NCBI GenBank assembly: GCA_951406725.2
Contig: OX597822.1
Span: 98,146,001 to 98,210,000 of the forward strand
Direction: 5' to 3'
Source: Octopus vulgaris
Taxonomy: Eukaryota
Length of the DNA stretch: 64,000 nt
The notes under the pieces were generated by a model that did no database searches, was not told the DNA's origin, and worked only from the letters and a program-made list of their open reading frames with translations. Shown here piece after piece: positions 43,007 to 55,969 of this stretch. The translations under genes and the position numbers were made by a program. Numbering within the stretch: position 1 is the first letter of the stretch; the number at the start of each line of letters is the position of its first letter.

Positions 43007-43478
43007 CAAGTAGACATAAATAATATGCAGGAGAATGCCTGACTTAGCTCTCCATGGTGGAAAGTTGGGTAACTCTATGTAGAAAAAAATCAGAATTTCT
43101 ATTTAACCTTTTCACAAAGCGATCCAAAGGAGTTGGAAATCTAAATAACTGCATCAGTTGAGTAGTAGATGTATTCATCACAGTGTATAATATTAAAAAA
43201 ATGAAGGAATATTGATGGCATGATATCATGTTTTCAAAGAGTACGATCCTTTCAACAGCGTATAGAAGCATTTTATAAAATTACAGATTCATGTAAATCC
43301 ATGCAGTAGCTAATTAATTAATGAGTTTAGGACCAGCCACTTTATCAGAGCACTTAATTTTAAAATACTGGAGCATATTTGTTGAGAAATTTCGACAAAC
43401 TCGCTAACAGATGTTTGGGTTCAGAATATCGTTGTCATAAATAAAAGAGGATATACAATACCTTCCTCTTCTTTTATT
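42200..43478. repeat. ~1.28-kb fold-back palindrome (arms ~42200-42674 and ~43002-43478)
   Basis: Near-identical ORF translations on opposite strands (42407+ and 43271-); the TA/CA spacer is itself palindromic around ~42853. Confidence 0.93.
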
Positions 43479-43488
43479 AGTTTGTTCA

Positions 43489-43519
<31 letters not shown>

Positions 43520-44203
43520 CATCTATATCTATCTATCTATCCATCTATATCTATCTATCTATCCATCTATATCTATCTATCTAACCATCTATATCTATCT
43601 ATCTATCCATCTATATCTATCTATCTAACCATCTATATCTATCTATCTATCCATCTATATCTATCTATCTATCCATCTATATCTATCTATCTATCTATCT
43701 ATCTATCTAAACCAAAGGCATTATAATGAAATTATAACTCTTAATTTCATTGCAAATGTCCGACTTTACATTCCTCATATACTTTGTATTGTGTTCAAAA
43801 AGTTGAAGCAGTGCAAATCGCCCGAGCTATAATAATGTAATCGTGTACAGAACAAATGCTTATGGCGATGGAATAATTGTAGTTGAGAAAATACTTATGA
43901 TTCTTTTGTGAAATATATTGGATTAATGATGTAATTGGTGGAAAAGATTATATAAAAGAAATAGAACCAGAGGCAGAACTGCTTCAATTACTCAACAGAA
44001 TGCCACTTAGAATAACAAAGATTGCAAAGAATGACTCGAGTGTTAGTGAACAGAACATCAAATAAGCTAGAGGTATTTGAATTTGAACTCACTGTCGATA
44101 TCGGAATTGAAGTGTTTTGGAGAATTTGGACTAGTAATAGAGGAAAATAATGCACACACTTCACACACACACACACTGACGCACATATAGACGTTCATAT
44201 ATA

Positions 44204-44282
<79 letters not shown>

Positions 44283-44284
<2 letters not shown>

Positions 44285-44580
44285 AGGCGCAATGGCCTAG
44301 TGGTTAGGGTAGCGGACTCGCGGTCGCAGGATCATGGTTTCGATTCCCAGACCGGGCGTTGTGAGTGTTTATTGAGCGAAAACACCTAAAAGCTCCACGA
44401 GGCTCCGGCAGGGAGTAGTGATCTCTGTTGTACTCTTTCACCACTCTTTTTCCCACTCTTTCTTCTGTTGGCCTGCTCGCTTAGCCAGCAGGGTGGCGTC
44501 ATTCGAAGGCTAAAAACAATGCGAATGCATTGTGACCAGCGATGTGTAACAACATCTGATGGTCTGGTCGGTCACGTGAT
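44283..44580 (+). mobile_element. SINE with family A head but a different 3' body
   Basis: Matches family A to about 44460, then diverges (..GGTCTGGTCGGTCACGTGAT). Confidence 0.85.
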
Positions 44581-45009
44581 ATATATATATACATATACAT
44601 ATGAATAGGTACATGCATATATATGTGCATATGCCCACAAACATTCATATAATACATACATTTGTGTGTGTATATTTGTATATGCATATGTGCACACACA
44701 TACACGTATGTAAGTAAATGTATATATTGGTATCTATACATGTACTTGGTCTAAGATCTTTGTTGACAGGTCATTAACTTGTCTTAAGTCTAACAACTCA
44801 ACTGGTAGGCTTAAATACGGTAGCTGACATGCTTTCGTGTAATGGGTAGTAGACATACTGTTGAATTTCCATCGGAAATTTTAGAAGTTTGAGCATCTTC
44901 TATAGTAAACATATATATGTTTTTGGGAAATGTTTTTGGTAAAATCATAGACAATCGACTTCTTAGTCCACACAATACATGCATGCGTATGTATATACGC
45001 ATATGCTTT

Positions 45010-45089
45010 TACATCTACATATATACATACATATATATACCTATGACTATATATATATTCAAATACATACGGAAATAAATGTATGTGCC

Positions 45090-45138
<49 letters not shown>

Positions 45139-46453
45139 GCATATATATACATATATATATACCTATGACTATATATATTCAAATACATAGGGAAATAAAT
45201 GTATGTGCCTATGTGTATATATATATATATATATATGCATATATATACATATGCATATATATACATATATATATATATACATATACATATGCATATATAT
45301 ACATATATACATATGCATATATATACATATATACATATGCATATATATACATATATATATGCATATATACATATACATATGCATATATATACATATATAC
45401 ATATACATATGCATATATATACATATATACATATATATACATATATACATATGCATATATATACATATATACATATACATATATGCATATATATACATAT
45501 ATACATATACATATATGCATATATATACATATATACATATACATATATACATATATATATACATATATACATATATATATACATATATATACATATACAT
45601 ATATACATATACATATATACATATATACATATATATATATATACATATATACATATATATATATACATATATACATATATATATACATATACATATATAC
45701 ATATATATATATACATATATACATATATACATATATATATATATACATATATATATACATATATATGTATACATATATATATATATGTATACATATATAC
45801 ATATATATGTATACATATATACATATATATGTATACATATATACATATATATGTATACATATATACATATATACATATATATGTATACATATATACATAT
45901 ATATGTATACATATATACATATATATGTATACATATATACATATATACATATATATGTATACATATATACATATATATATATATATTACATATATATATA
46001 CATATATATATACATATATACATACATATATATATATACATATATACATATATATGTATACATATATACATATATACATATATATGTATACATATATACA
46101 TACATATATATACATATATACATACATATATATACATATATACATACATATATATACATATATACATACATATATATATACATATATACATACATATATA
46201 TATACATATATACATACATATATATATATACATATATACATACATATATACATACATATATACATACATATATATATATACATATATACATACATATATA
46301 TATATACATATATACATACATATATATATATACATATATACATACATATATATATATACATATATACATACATATATATATACATATATATATACACATA
46401 TATACATACATATATATATATACACCTATATACATACACATATATATATATAC

Positions 46454-46484
<31 letters not shown>

Positions 46485-46613
46485 TACATATACATACATA
46501 CATATATATACATATACATACATACATATATATACATATACATACATACATATATATATATACATACATACATATATATATACATATATATATATATACA
46601 TATATATATATAC

Positions 46614-46674
<61 letters not shown>

Positions 46675-46759
46675 TATATACATATATATATACATATATA
46701 TATACATATATATATATACATATATATATATACATATATATATATACATATATATATAC

Positions 46760-46826
<67 letters not shown>

Positions 46827-47205
46827 CATACATATATATATATATACATACATATATATATATATACATACATATATATATATATACATACATACATATA
46901 TACATATATATATATACATACATATATATATATATACATACATACATATATATATATATACATACATACATATATATATATATACATACATACATATATA
47001 TATACATACATACATATATATATACATACATACATATATATATATACATACATACATATATATATATATACATACATACATATATACATACATACATATA
47101 TATATACATACATACATACATATATATATATGCATACATACATATATATATATGCATACATACATATATATACATACATACATACATATACATACATACA
47201 TACAT

Positions 47206-47238
<33 letters not shown>

Positions 47239-47366
47239 TACATACATACATATAGATACATATATATACATACATATATACATACATATATACATACATA
47301 TACACACATATATACATACATATACTTACATCTGTACATATATACATATACATATATACATATATA
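45010..47366. repeat. ~2.3-kb (TA)n/(TACA)n tract
   Basis: Directly visible. Confidence 0.95.
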
Positions 47367-47370
47367 CTCA

Positions 47371-47583
47371 TTACTCTTTACTCTTTTACTTGTTTCAGTC
47401 ATTTGACTGCGGCCATGCTGGAGCACCGCCTTTAGTCGAGCAAATCGACCCCGGGACTTATTCTTTGTAAGCCCAGTACTTATTCTATCGGATTTCTTTT
47501 GCCGAACCGCTAGGTGACGGTGTCGTAAACACACCAGCATCGGTTGTCAAGCAATGCTAGGGGGGACAAACACAGACATACAA

Positions 47584-47639
<56 letters not shown>

Positions 47640-47795
47640 ATATATACGACAGGCTTCTTTCAGTTTCCGTCTACCAAATCCACTCACAAGACATTGGTCG
47701 GCCCGGGGCTATAGCAGAAGACACTTGCCCAAGATGCCACGCAGTGGGACTGAACCCGGAACCATGTGGTTGGTAAGCAAGCTACTTACCACACA
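47371..47795 (-). mobile_element. SINE family B, young, head slightly truncated
   Basis: Highly similar to the reverse complement of 10866-11247. Confidence 0.92.
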
Positions 47796-48176
47796 TATAT
47801 ACATATATATATACATATATACATATATATATGTATATATAAACACACATATACATATATACATATATGTATATATAAACACACATATACATATATACAT
47901 ACATATATATATAAACACACATATACAAATATACATACATATATATATAAACACACATATACATATATACATATATAAATACATATATATATATATATAT
48001 ATATATACATACACATATATATAAACACATATATACATACACATATATATAAACACATATATACATATATATATAAACACATATATACATATATATATAA
48101 ACACATATATACATATATATATAAACACATATATACATATATATATAAACACATATATACATATATATATAAACAC

Positions 48177-48226
<50 letters not shown>

Positions 48227-48823
48227 ACATATATACATATATACATATATACATACATATATACATACATATATATATGCATATTCACATATGCATATTT
48301 TACTTACACACACACACACACAAACATGCACATACATTTAGTAGTTATCGATATAGAAAAACACAGGTGATCACAGCTGAAAACTCATATTAGTCTGATT
48401 AACCTCGTCCGACGAGAGGAGAAATATCATGTTTAAGAAATATACACGTTTCCAGTCATTGAGGAAACCTCTAGCTTCCGGCTCGATCTATTTCACCATT
48501 TTTTTTTATTTATTCGCTATATATAAGAGATTTCCTCTCCGTTAAGATGCTACTTTGAAAATGACAGACAGTCAAGCAGACAGACAGAGAGACAGACAGA
48601 CACACACACACACACACACACATACTGCCAGCTCCTTGAGTTAAGCAGATACTAATAGAAAGATACCTTATACTCTTATACTTTCAGTGAGGATATTGAT
48701 GAGTTGCGTCCGTTGAATTTTTGGCGACTGCTGTACTTCGTTCGTATTTAAGAGAAAGAATACAAATCTTTCAAAACTATACCACGGCACCCCCATTTTG
48801 GAGGGATTTCTCTCGCTTTGACT

Positions 48824-49437
48824 GCTAACATATGGAACCTCACACTTCCTAAATATTGTAATGTAGATTTCACATTGTCCCCATCTTTTTGAGAAAAATA
48901 CTTTCAAATTATTTAATCTTTCTTTCGTCCTGCCTTATTTGATGTCCACCCTCAATGATTTTTAGGATGTGTTTTGGCAACTGAAAATAACTCCCTTCCA
49001 GAGAATAAGCATGTAATCTTTTAGTTCAGAATGTTCTCAGAATCCTGCTTGCCAAATCATGTGCGTAGTTTTTCTCATTTTCGTAACATGTGTGTGGAAG
49101 GTTGCATTACCACACAATACAATTCACAAGTCCCACTTTATTCCTAAAATTGGTATTGCAATTTTTGTGACCTTGCGTATATCTATTGTCCTGTAATGGA
49201 AGTATGGCGGCGAAGCACTTGCAAATTTCCTTTGTTGAACCATGTTCTGTTACAACATATCTGTGTACAGCAAGGCAAACCTCCCATTTGAACGCTAACA
49301 TGTGGTACCTGACACTTCCTAAATTTTGTAATGTACGAGATTTTACATTGCCCCATCCTTTTGAGAAATATACTTTCAAACCTTTCAACCTATCTTTCGT
49401 CCTGCCTCATTTGATGTCTACACTCAATGATTTTTAG
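48824..49437. repeat. Diverged ~145-bp direct repeat (48824-48965 and 49293-49437)
   Basis: gctaacat.tgg.acct.acacttcctaaat.ttgtaatgta ... ctttcgtcctgcct.atttgatgtc.ac.ctcaatgatttttag in both copies. Confidence 0.85.
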
Positions 49438-51052
49438 TAGGTACTTTGTTAGCTAGAGCCTCTACTCCTTTTCCTATCTTAATACCATCAGCATATTTTA
49501 TGAGTTGCTTTGCTGAGAATCAATGGTAACTTTAATAGAGCAATTACAAACAACAAGACAGAGCCTTGTTATACTTTGCTCTGCATAGTCTTTCAACTAT
49601 AATAAGGTGGCGAAATTTAAGTAAAGTGCTGTCACGGGATCGATGTTTCAGACATCCACACTAAAATACTGGTATGCTACATCTATATTTAATATGTTGT
49701 GCACCCAATTCCGCATCCTAATGTTATATTGTAGTAACAGTGAGCAGTGACTTCTGTCGAATTTAAAAACGTTACGGGTCTCTTAGCAAAATATTTTTCT
49801 TCAGAATTTTTCTCTCTCAAGATTCTTTTGATGACTTTGCCGACATGGTAAGTTAGATATATAGGTGGATTTCTTTAATTAATAAACAAAGGTATATTTT
49901 ATAGGGAAGTGAGTTGCACGTATCAGATTTAGGGAGTTAAAACGTAACATCGCTGCATTTGAACTCAGAATGAAAAGGAACAAGACAAATATGCAGCATT
50001 TGTTAAATATTTCAATATTTAGTATTGTTAAATTTTTAGTATCTGAGCGCTTTACTGCTACGTTCACACATTTCTGTCAACACACAAAGGGGATCAAGAA
50101 CGAGCTATAATTTGTTTGAAGACACCATATGAAAATACTATTCTCTGCTGATACAAATCAACCAATGATGATTTGCATCCATCATAATCTTTATCTTTGA
50201 TCTGTGATTCAGACTTTATATTTCAATAACTTAACGCGTGATAATATTTTATAATGAAAATTTGTTTTTTAAGTCGTAAATCATTATATACTTGGTGTAA
50301 CATAGTTATTAAAAAATGAAATATTATTTTTGAACTTAGATATCATTTCTAACAACTAAGTATACATACATTTCTGTGTGTTTGTACGTGAATGTCAGAT
50401 ATATTGAATGAAGGAATAAGTCGCGCCTTTGTGTTTGCATTTCATTCGTTTACAATCGATTTCTTTTTATGTAAGTGTTTTCTGCTCAACAAACTTATTC
50501 TCAGTACTCATCCTCCTCATCTTCTGTAAGCACACTAAGTGAATTTCTATTGGCTGTGTTGCATGAATTAATACAGAGAGTGAAGTAAGCTGATATACCG
50601 ATAATCGTTGAACATTGAAAATTGCTAATAAATCCAGGCATTCACTATACATGCAGCTGTTGCCTATTTTAGTTTATTTAGCACATTTAGCAACCAATTC
50701 AATATATTGCTGTGTTCGTAAATCAGCCCTATTACTGATAATTGTATCAGATAAGAATTCTATTTTCTAAGAAAAAGTGTCACATCAATAGTTTGACGCT
50801 GATGTTGGGTATAAAAAAAAATAGACTGAGTCTTTCATGCAAAATCATTTCTGTGTTGTTCGTATTATGCTACTCTCTATTGCAAACTCAAGAACTGAAT
50901 TATAAGAGAACAATAGAAGGATTTCCTTTTCGACAGCGTAATCTTCGTTTAAATCATTGTTGTATACGCATCATCATCAATTGACGATGTTCAATAAAAT
51001 AAGAGAACCTGGTATTAAAGAAGGTTACCATATATACACATATGTGTGTTTC

Positions 51053-51115
<63 letters not shown>

Positions 51116-52947
51116 ATGTGTGTGTGTGTGTGTATTCATATATGTATGTATAAAGTTTCTTGTTCCACAATTTTAGACAAATACCTGGTGACCGGTAGGA
51201 GAAACTTTCTATTGCCAATAACAACCGATGCACTATGATGCGCTATTTCTTCTCCCCGTCCTTCTTTTGTTATATGAAAACTTTTCTTCCTCTGAACTAA
51301 TATATTCCAAAAGGACAAAAAATTAATATCAGTTTCAGACGCACAAGGGGTAACAGAACCTGATTAAATACCGGAATATTTTGGGTTTGCTGAACTCTTT
51401 TAGCGCTCTATTGTATTGTATAAAATATTAATTTTAAAAAATCTTAGCTGTAAGGAATATATACAGCATTAGGAATAAAAGAAATAAGACTTCAGCGTAT
51501 AAGATATTTACTCTAAAATAATCCAATCCAGAAATCCTGTTTATGTGATAGTTTACCAGTAAGACGTTTCCTTAATAAATATGGTAATTAATGTTGTTTG
51601 TTGGAAGTTTTCAAGTCAGCATGTTATATAAGAACTTACAGCAAATGTAAAAATATCAGGAGGGTGAGAAATCGATATAACTGAAGACAAGATAATAGAT
51701 TCTATGATCACAAAAACCATGATAATCATGATCCGCATCTTCGCGTCCTTATGGATGATGAAAACTAGAAAAGAAAAAACAAAAAACAAAACAAACAAAC
51801 AAAAACCTGTGATAATAGGACGAACTGAGAATTTTGAATCTCTAATGTTCTTGCTTTGTTTAGACCCAAATAACTTGGGATTATAAACGAAACGAACAAC
51901 CACGAAATGTAAAAGATTTAAGATACCAAATAAAGTCAATGAACAATAGAAGGATTTCCTTTTCGACAGCGTTAACAACAGCCTTAACCGATAAATTCCA
52001 TGCGAAAGATGTACAAATTTAATTAATTGCAGAATATTGCAAAATAATCCCAACTGTATTTGGCATATTTACTGATAAAAACAAATAAAATGCATTAATG
52101 ATTTATGACCGGGCAAGTGTAAGGTATTATATAATTAATTTAGTTGTTTTACACTTTTTCAGCACACACACTTTCTAGCAGAATTACATAACGTTACTAG
52201 ATTCATAGGAAGAATCTTTCTAGAGAATTTTTTGTAAAATGTTATATTTGCATATATTTATTATATAGCGCCTAATACATGGTCAAACTGGAATTTTTCC
52301 CAGGTTTTTAACATGTATGAACCATTTGAGACTGAAGTTTTGATAATTTTAATTTGCTGACTTTAGAATACTTACCACTATACCGCCGAGAGCCGGTGTG
52401 TTTATTTCTTAAGCATTGTCAACATTGATCAATGTACTTGACTAAAAACTTTAATATCTAGGGAGAAATGACCGAAAAAATATTCACCAATAAAACACTC
52501 AACTTCCAATGAATAGATGCAGTTTCCAAGTAGTTGACGATAACAACTTTCTCATCTCTCTATTAAACTATATCTCGTATCACTTAACTATTCTATTGAA
52601 CGATAAAAAAAAAATGAAACTAAATCACTTATGAAAGCTTTTAGTGCTATAAAGACATTTATTTACTTGTTTTCGTAAATGCGGGCAGCTATGAATATTC
52701 GAGATATTGTTGTGAATATATGAAAGAGAATATTGCTTAAATTTTTAATGTACAAAGAAACACATTAATGTAAACTTAAACGTAAGTTTAGTCTGTACAA
52801 CATACATGCATACATTTCACAACTGCCAGCATTTAGAAGATTAAATGTACGGCGTACATACATGTATGCATATGTGTGTATGTATATACACACACAGAGG
52901 CATATATTTGCATATATAAAGATTTACACACAGATATATATATATAC

Positions 52948-53242
52948 TGCAACAGCTAGGGTTTCAGAGGACCACAGCTCTTTAACATCCTCCCTAAATG
53001 CCTGAGAGACTTACATGGTGTGGATGTGGGTTTCTTTAAAACTAAACTGGATCGCGTCTTGTCGGGAGTCCCAGATGAACCTCCCTCACGACAGGAGACG
53101 CAGATGCGGGCAGCAGCATCGAACTCCCTTGTTGATCAAGTGCCACGTATCAGAGGTGGATTCACATATTAGTGTAGCTCATTCAGCGGTGGTGCCCCAG
53201 CATGGCCGCGGCCTTCGGGCTGAAACATTTTTATGGATTTAA

Positions 53243-53245
<3 letters not shown>
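52948..53245 (+). mobile_element. CR1/L2-group LINE 3' end
   Basis: GFRGPQLFNILPKCLRDLHGVDVGFFKTKLDRVLSGVPDEP followed by the 3' stem-loop; (TA)n on both sides. Confidence 0.85.
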
Positions 53246-53316
<71 letters not shown>

Positions 53317-53807
53317 CTCATACATTTTTCCTGCCTCTAACTGTTTCATATAACGACTGTTGGATTAGACGGTCGTTTTTCTTCATCTCGCGGTTTCTTT
53401 CGTTTATAATTTAGCGTCAAATAAAAATATGCTTTTTTCTTTTCTAATGTTACTTCGTACAACTTCGAAACAAACATATTCATGTATGCATGAATATGTT
53501 TGTTTCGTCTGAATGTTGTCCATTTCTCTCCAAAACATGCTTTATCCTACCATTCAGTCAAAGACCATATATTTTATTCCATTACATTCCTTGTCTAAAT
53601 ATTTGTTAGTTCATTGTTCGCTTTCCGTATCCGCTTGTATATAACCCAGCAACATTCATTTTCCCGACCAGATTAAACAATGTTGTTGGAAGGACTCGAA
53701 ATTGTGATATTTTGGTCGTCATTCGACAATAGACTGTTCAACTTGTTTATTTGTGCTCCTCGCCGATTTCTGCGTTGCTCCTTGGTGCCTTATATATATA
53801 TATATAT

Positions 53808-54171
53808 GGTAAAGTAAAAAAATTCACTTTACCGCACACCGAACTTTTCAGAAATAGCAGCCAAAAATTTGGCTATTTCTTCAACTGCAAGTAAAAGTCT
53901 CCAGACAATGCATACTCAGAAAATAACTCACATAGGTATAAGGGAAAAACAATGAAAGATCACATCCATATAAGATACCCGAGAACAGCCTGTTTCTGGA
54001 TTCGTGGGTTAAACGCCACTTTTCCTTCATCAGCTCAGAGATTTCTGAGGGTATCTTATATGGATGTGATCTTTCATTGTTTTTCCCTTATACCTATGTG
54101 AGTTATTTTCTGAGTATGCATTGTCTGGAGACTTTTACTTGCAGTTGAAGAAATAGCCAAACTTTTGGCTG

Positions 54172-54175
<4 letters not shown>
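53808..54175 (-). mobile_element. TA-flanked hairpin element: 127-bp inverted arms enclosing a hammerhead-like loop
   Basis: 53854-53980 is the reverse complement of 54049-54175 (one mismatch seen). Confidence 0.8.
53979..54038 (-). ncRNA. Type I hammerhead-like motif with extended stem II
   Basis: CTGAG CTGATGA a GGA aaa GTGG-cgtttaac-CCAC gaa TCC a GAAA CAG g CTG TT CTCGG; canonical CUGAUGA and GAAA boxes. Confidence 0.65.
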
Positions 54176-54242
<67 letters not shown>

Positions 54243-54245
<3 letters not shown>

Positions 54246-54746
54246 ACCCCCTTCGGTCATGAATGACTATGGGATTCCACCTAGAAAGTTACCCTTCAAT
54301 GCACATGTTTGGGCAAGGTTGTTTATGGAAGACCAGCAGTTCCCCATGCATACCTCCCTCCTCTGTCCACGCCACCGATGTTATCCAAGGGAAAGGCAAA
54401 GGCCGATACAGCTTGGCACCTGTGACATTGCAGCTCATTTATTAACGTGCAAGTGGCTGAGCACTCCACAGATACGTGTACCTTAACGTAGTTCTTGGGG
54501 AGATTCAGCGTGATACGGGGTGTGACAAGGCTGGCCCTTTGAAATACAGGTACAACGAAACAGGGAGAGAGAGTGGGAGAAAGTTGTGGTGAAAGAGTAC
54601 AGCAGGGTTCACCACCACCCACTGCCGAAGAGTCGTGGAGCTTTACGTGTTTTGGTCAATAAACATTCAAAATGCATGGTCTTGGAATCGAAACCGCGAT
54701 CCTACGACCGCGAGTCCGCTGCCCTAACCACTGAGCCATTGCGCCT

Positions 54747-54748
<2 letters not shown>
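54243..54748 (-). mobile_element. Chimeric SINE: family A head/body (54748-54441) joined to a different 3' module (54440-54243)
   Basis: Family A homology stops at CACGTTAAT; what follows is unrelated to the tails at 2740-2812 and 44460-44580. Confidence 0.8.
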
Positions 54749-54784
<36 letters not shown>

Positions 54785-55209
54785 ACATATAGCTTTCTCT
54801 AGTTAATATTCCTTTTTTCTCTCTCTCTGTACAGACACACACACACACACACACAAATACACTGACAGAACTGTTTGTACGAGATTTCATTACATCATCG
54901 ATATGTCGTGTCAAAAGTGCGGGAGCTTGTACTTTTGTGCAATAAAGTAAAATTCCGCATCAAACTGAAAGCATTTAATTGGTCTCGATCGTTGATATAT
55001 CAGAAAAGCTTTTCGGTGAATGCAATATTTAGCTGAGCTGCACTACAGCTGTACTTGATATATTTCAATTAACTTTGTTGCAGTTATATTATGTAACATG
55101 ACATGATATGCTGAAATAAGTGTATAGAAAATATACACAGATGTTTCACTACATATAATCTCACAGGTAATATACGACTTTCAATTTCTATGTTGAAATG
55201 AACATTTCC

Positions 55210-55965
55210 TCTTTGGAGTTGGCAGCAGACCAAACTTTATAAGCGGAGAAGAATACAATAAACGATCAAACACAGTCATAGTGCTGTAAGATCTGGTTCA
55301 GGCAGCTCCTACATAGTCGAAAGCCATGCTGGGTATCACTCAGCAAGTCGGTTTCTTCAAGGAATGCGATTACTTTCCCTCTCACTATCCGTTTCATGAC
55401 TTTACTGGTGTGTGCCTAAAGTTTTTGGTATCTGCTCTGCTTCCCTCATAATTGATTGGGCATATTAGTTCTTCCGTCAGTTTGCTTGGCATCCTGTCAT
55501 TTGCAAGAAAGCTCTGGAAGAGAATCAGGGGGTTTTTGCCAGGGTACGCTTATACGATTTGAGGAGGATTGCAGGGAAATCATCAGGACCAGAAGTGGAG
55601 CTTGCGTCATCCTCATCTATGGCTAGTAGTATATCTTCTTCGCTAATGTCGATGTAATCCATCGTAAATACTTCACTGTTTATAGGTGAGGCAGTAAAGA
55701 ATTCCACCAGTTCGTTCACTTGTCTGTGTTACAACGGATTGGTAAAGACATTTTTGAACTGGTCGTTCAGTACCTCACTAATCCTGGTTTGACTGTCTGT
55801 GAGGGTACCATCCTTTTGGAAGAGAGCTCCTATCTTGCAGACTTACTGATGCTGTTTCTTTCGCATAATGAAAGAAGGCATTTGGGTTTGATTATGTTTT
55901 TATAACCCAGACTTCTTTGCCTGCTCTCTCCCTCACATAGGATTGTCGAAGGCTTCTTTCAATCT
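55210..55965 (-). mobile_element. Degraded CR1/L2-group LINE fragment (linker + start of RT)
   Basis: ISEEDILLAIDE..SGPDDFPAILLK, QHGFR..RSCLNQILQHYD. Confidence 0.8.
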
Positions 55966-55969
55966 CAAT

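Noticed and set aside
49300-49388. FSKGWG resemblance to the SMAD MH2 FVKGWG motif
   Set aside because: Surrounding residues do not match; likely chance
53466-53507. ~19-bp hairpin resembling a terminator or pre-miRNA
   Set aside because: AT-rich, too short for a pre-miRNA, and such fold-backs are common in this window
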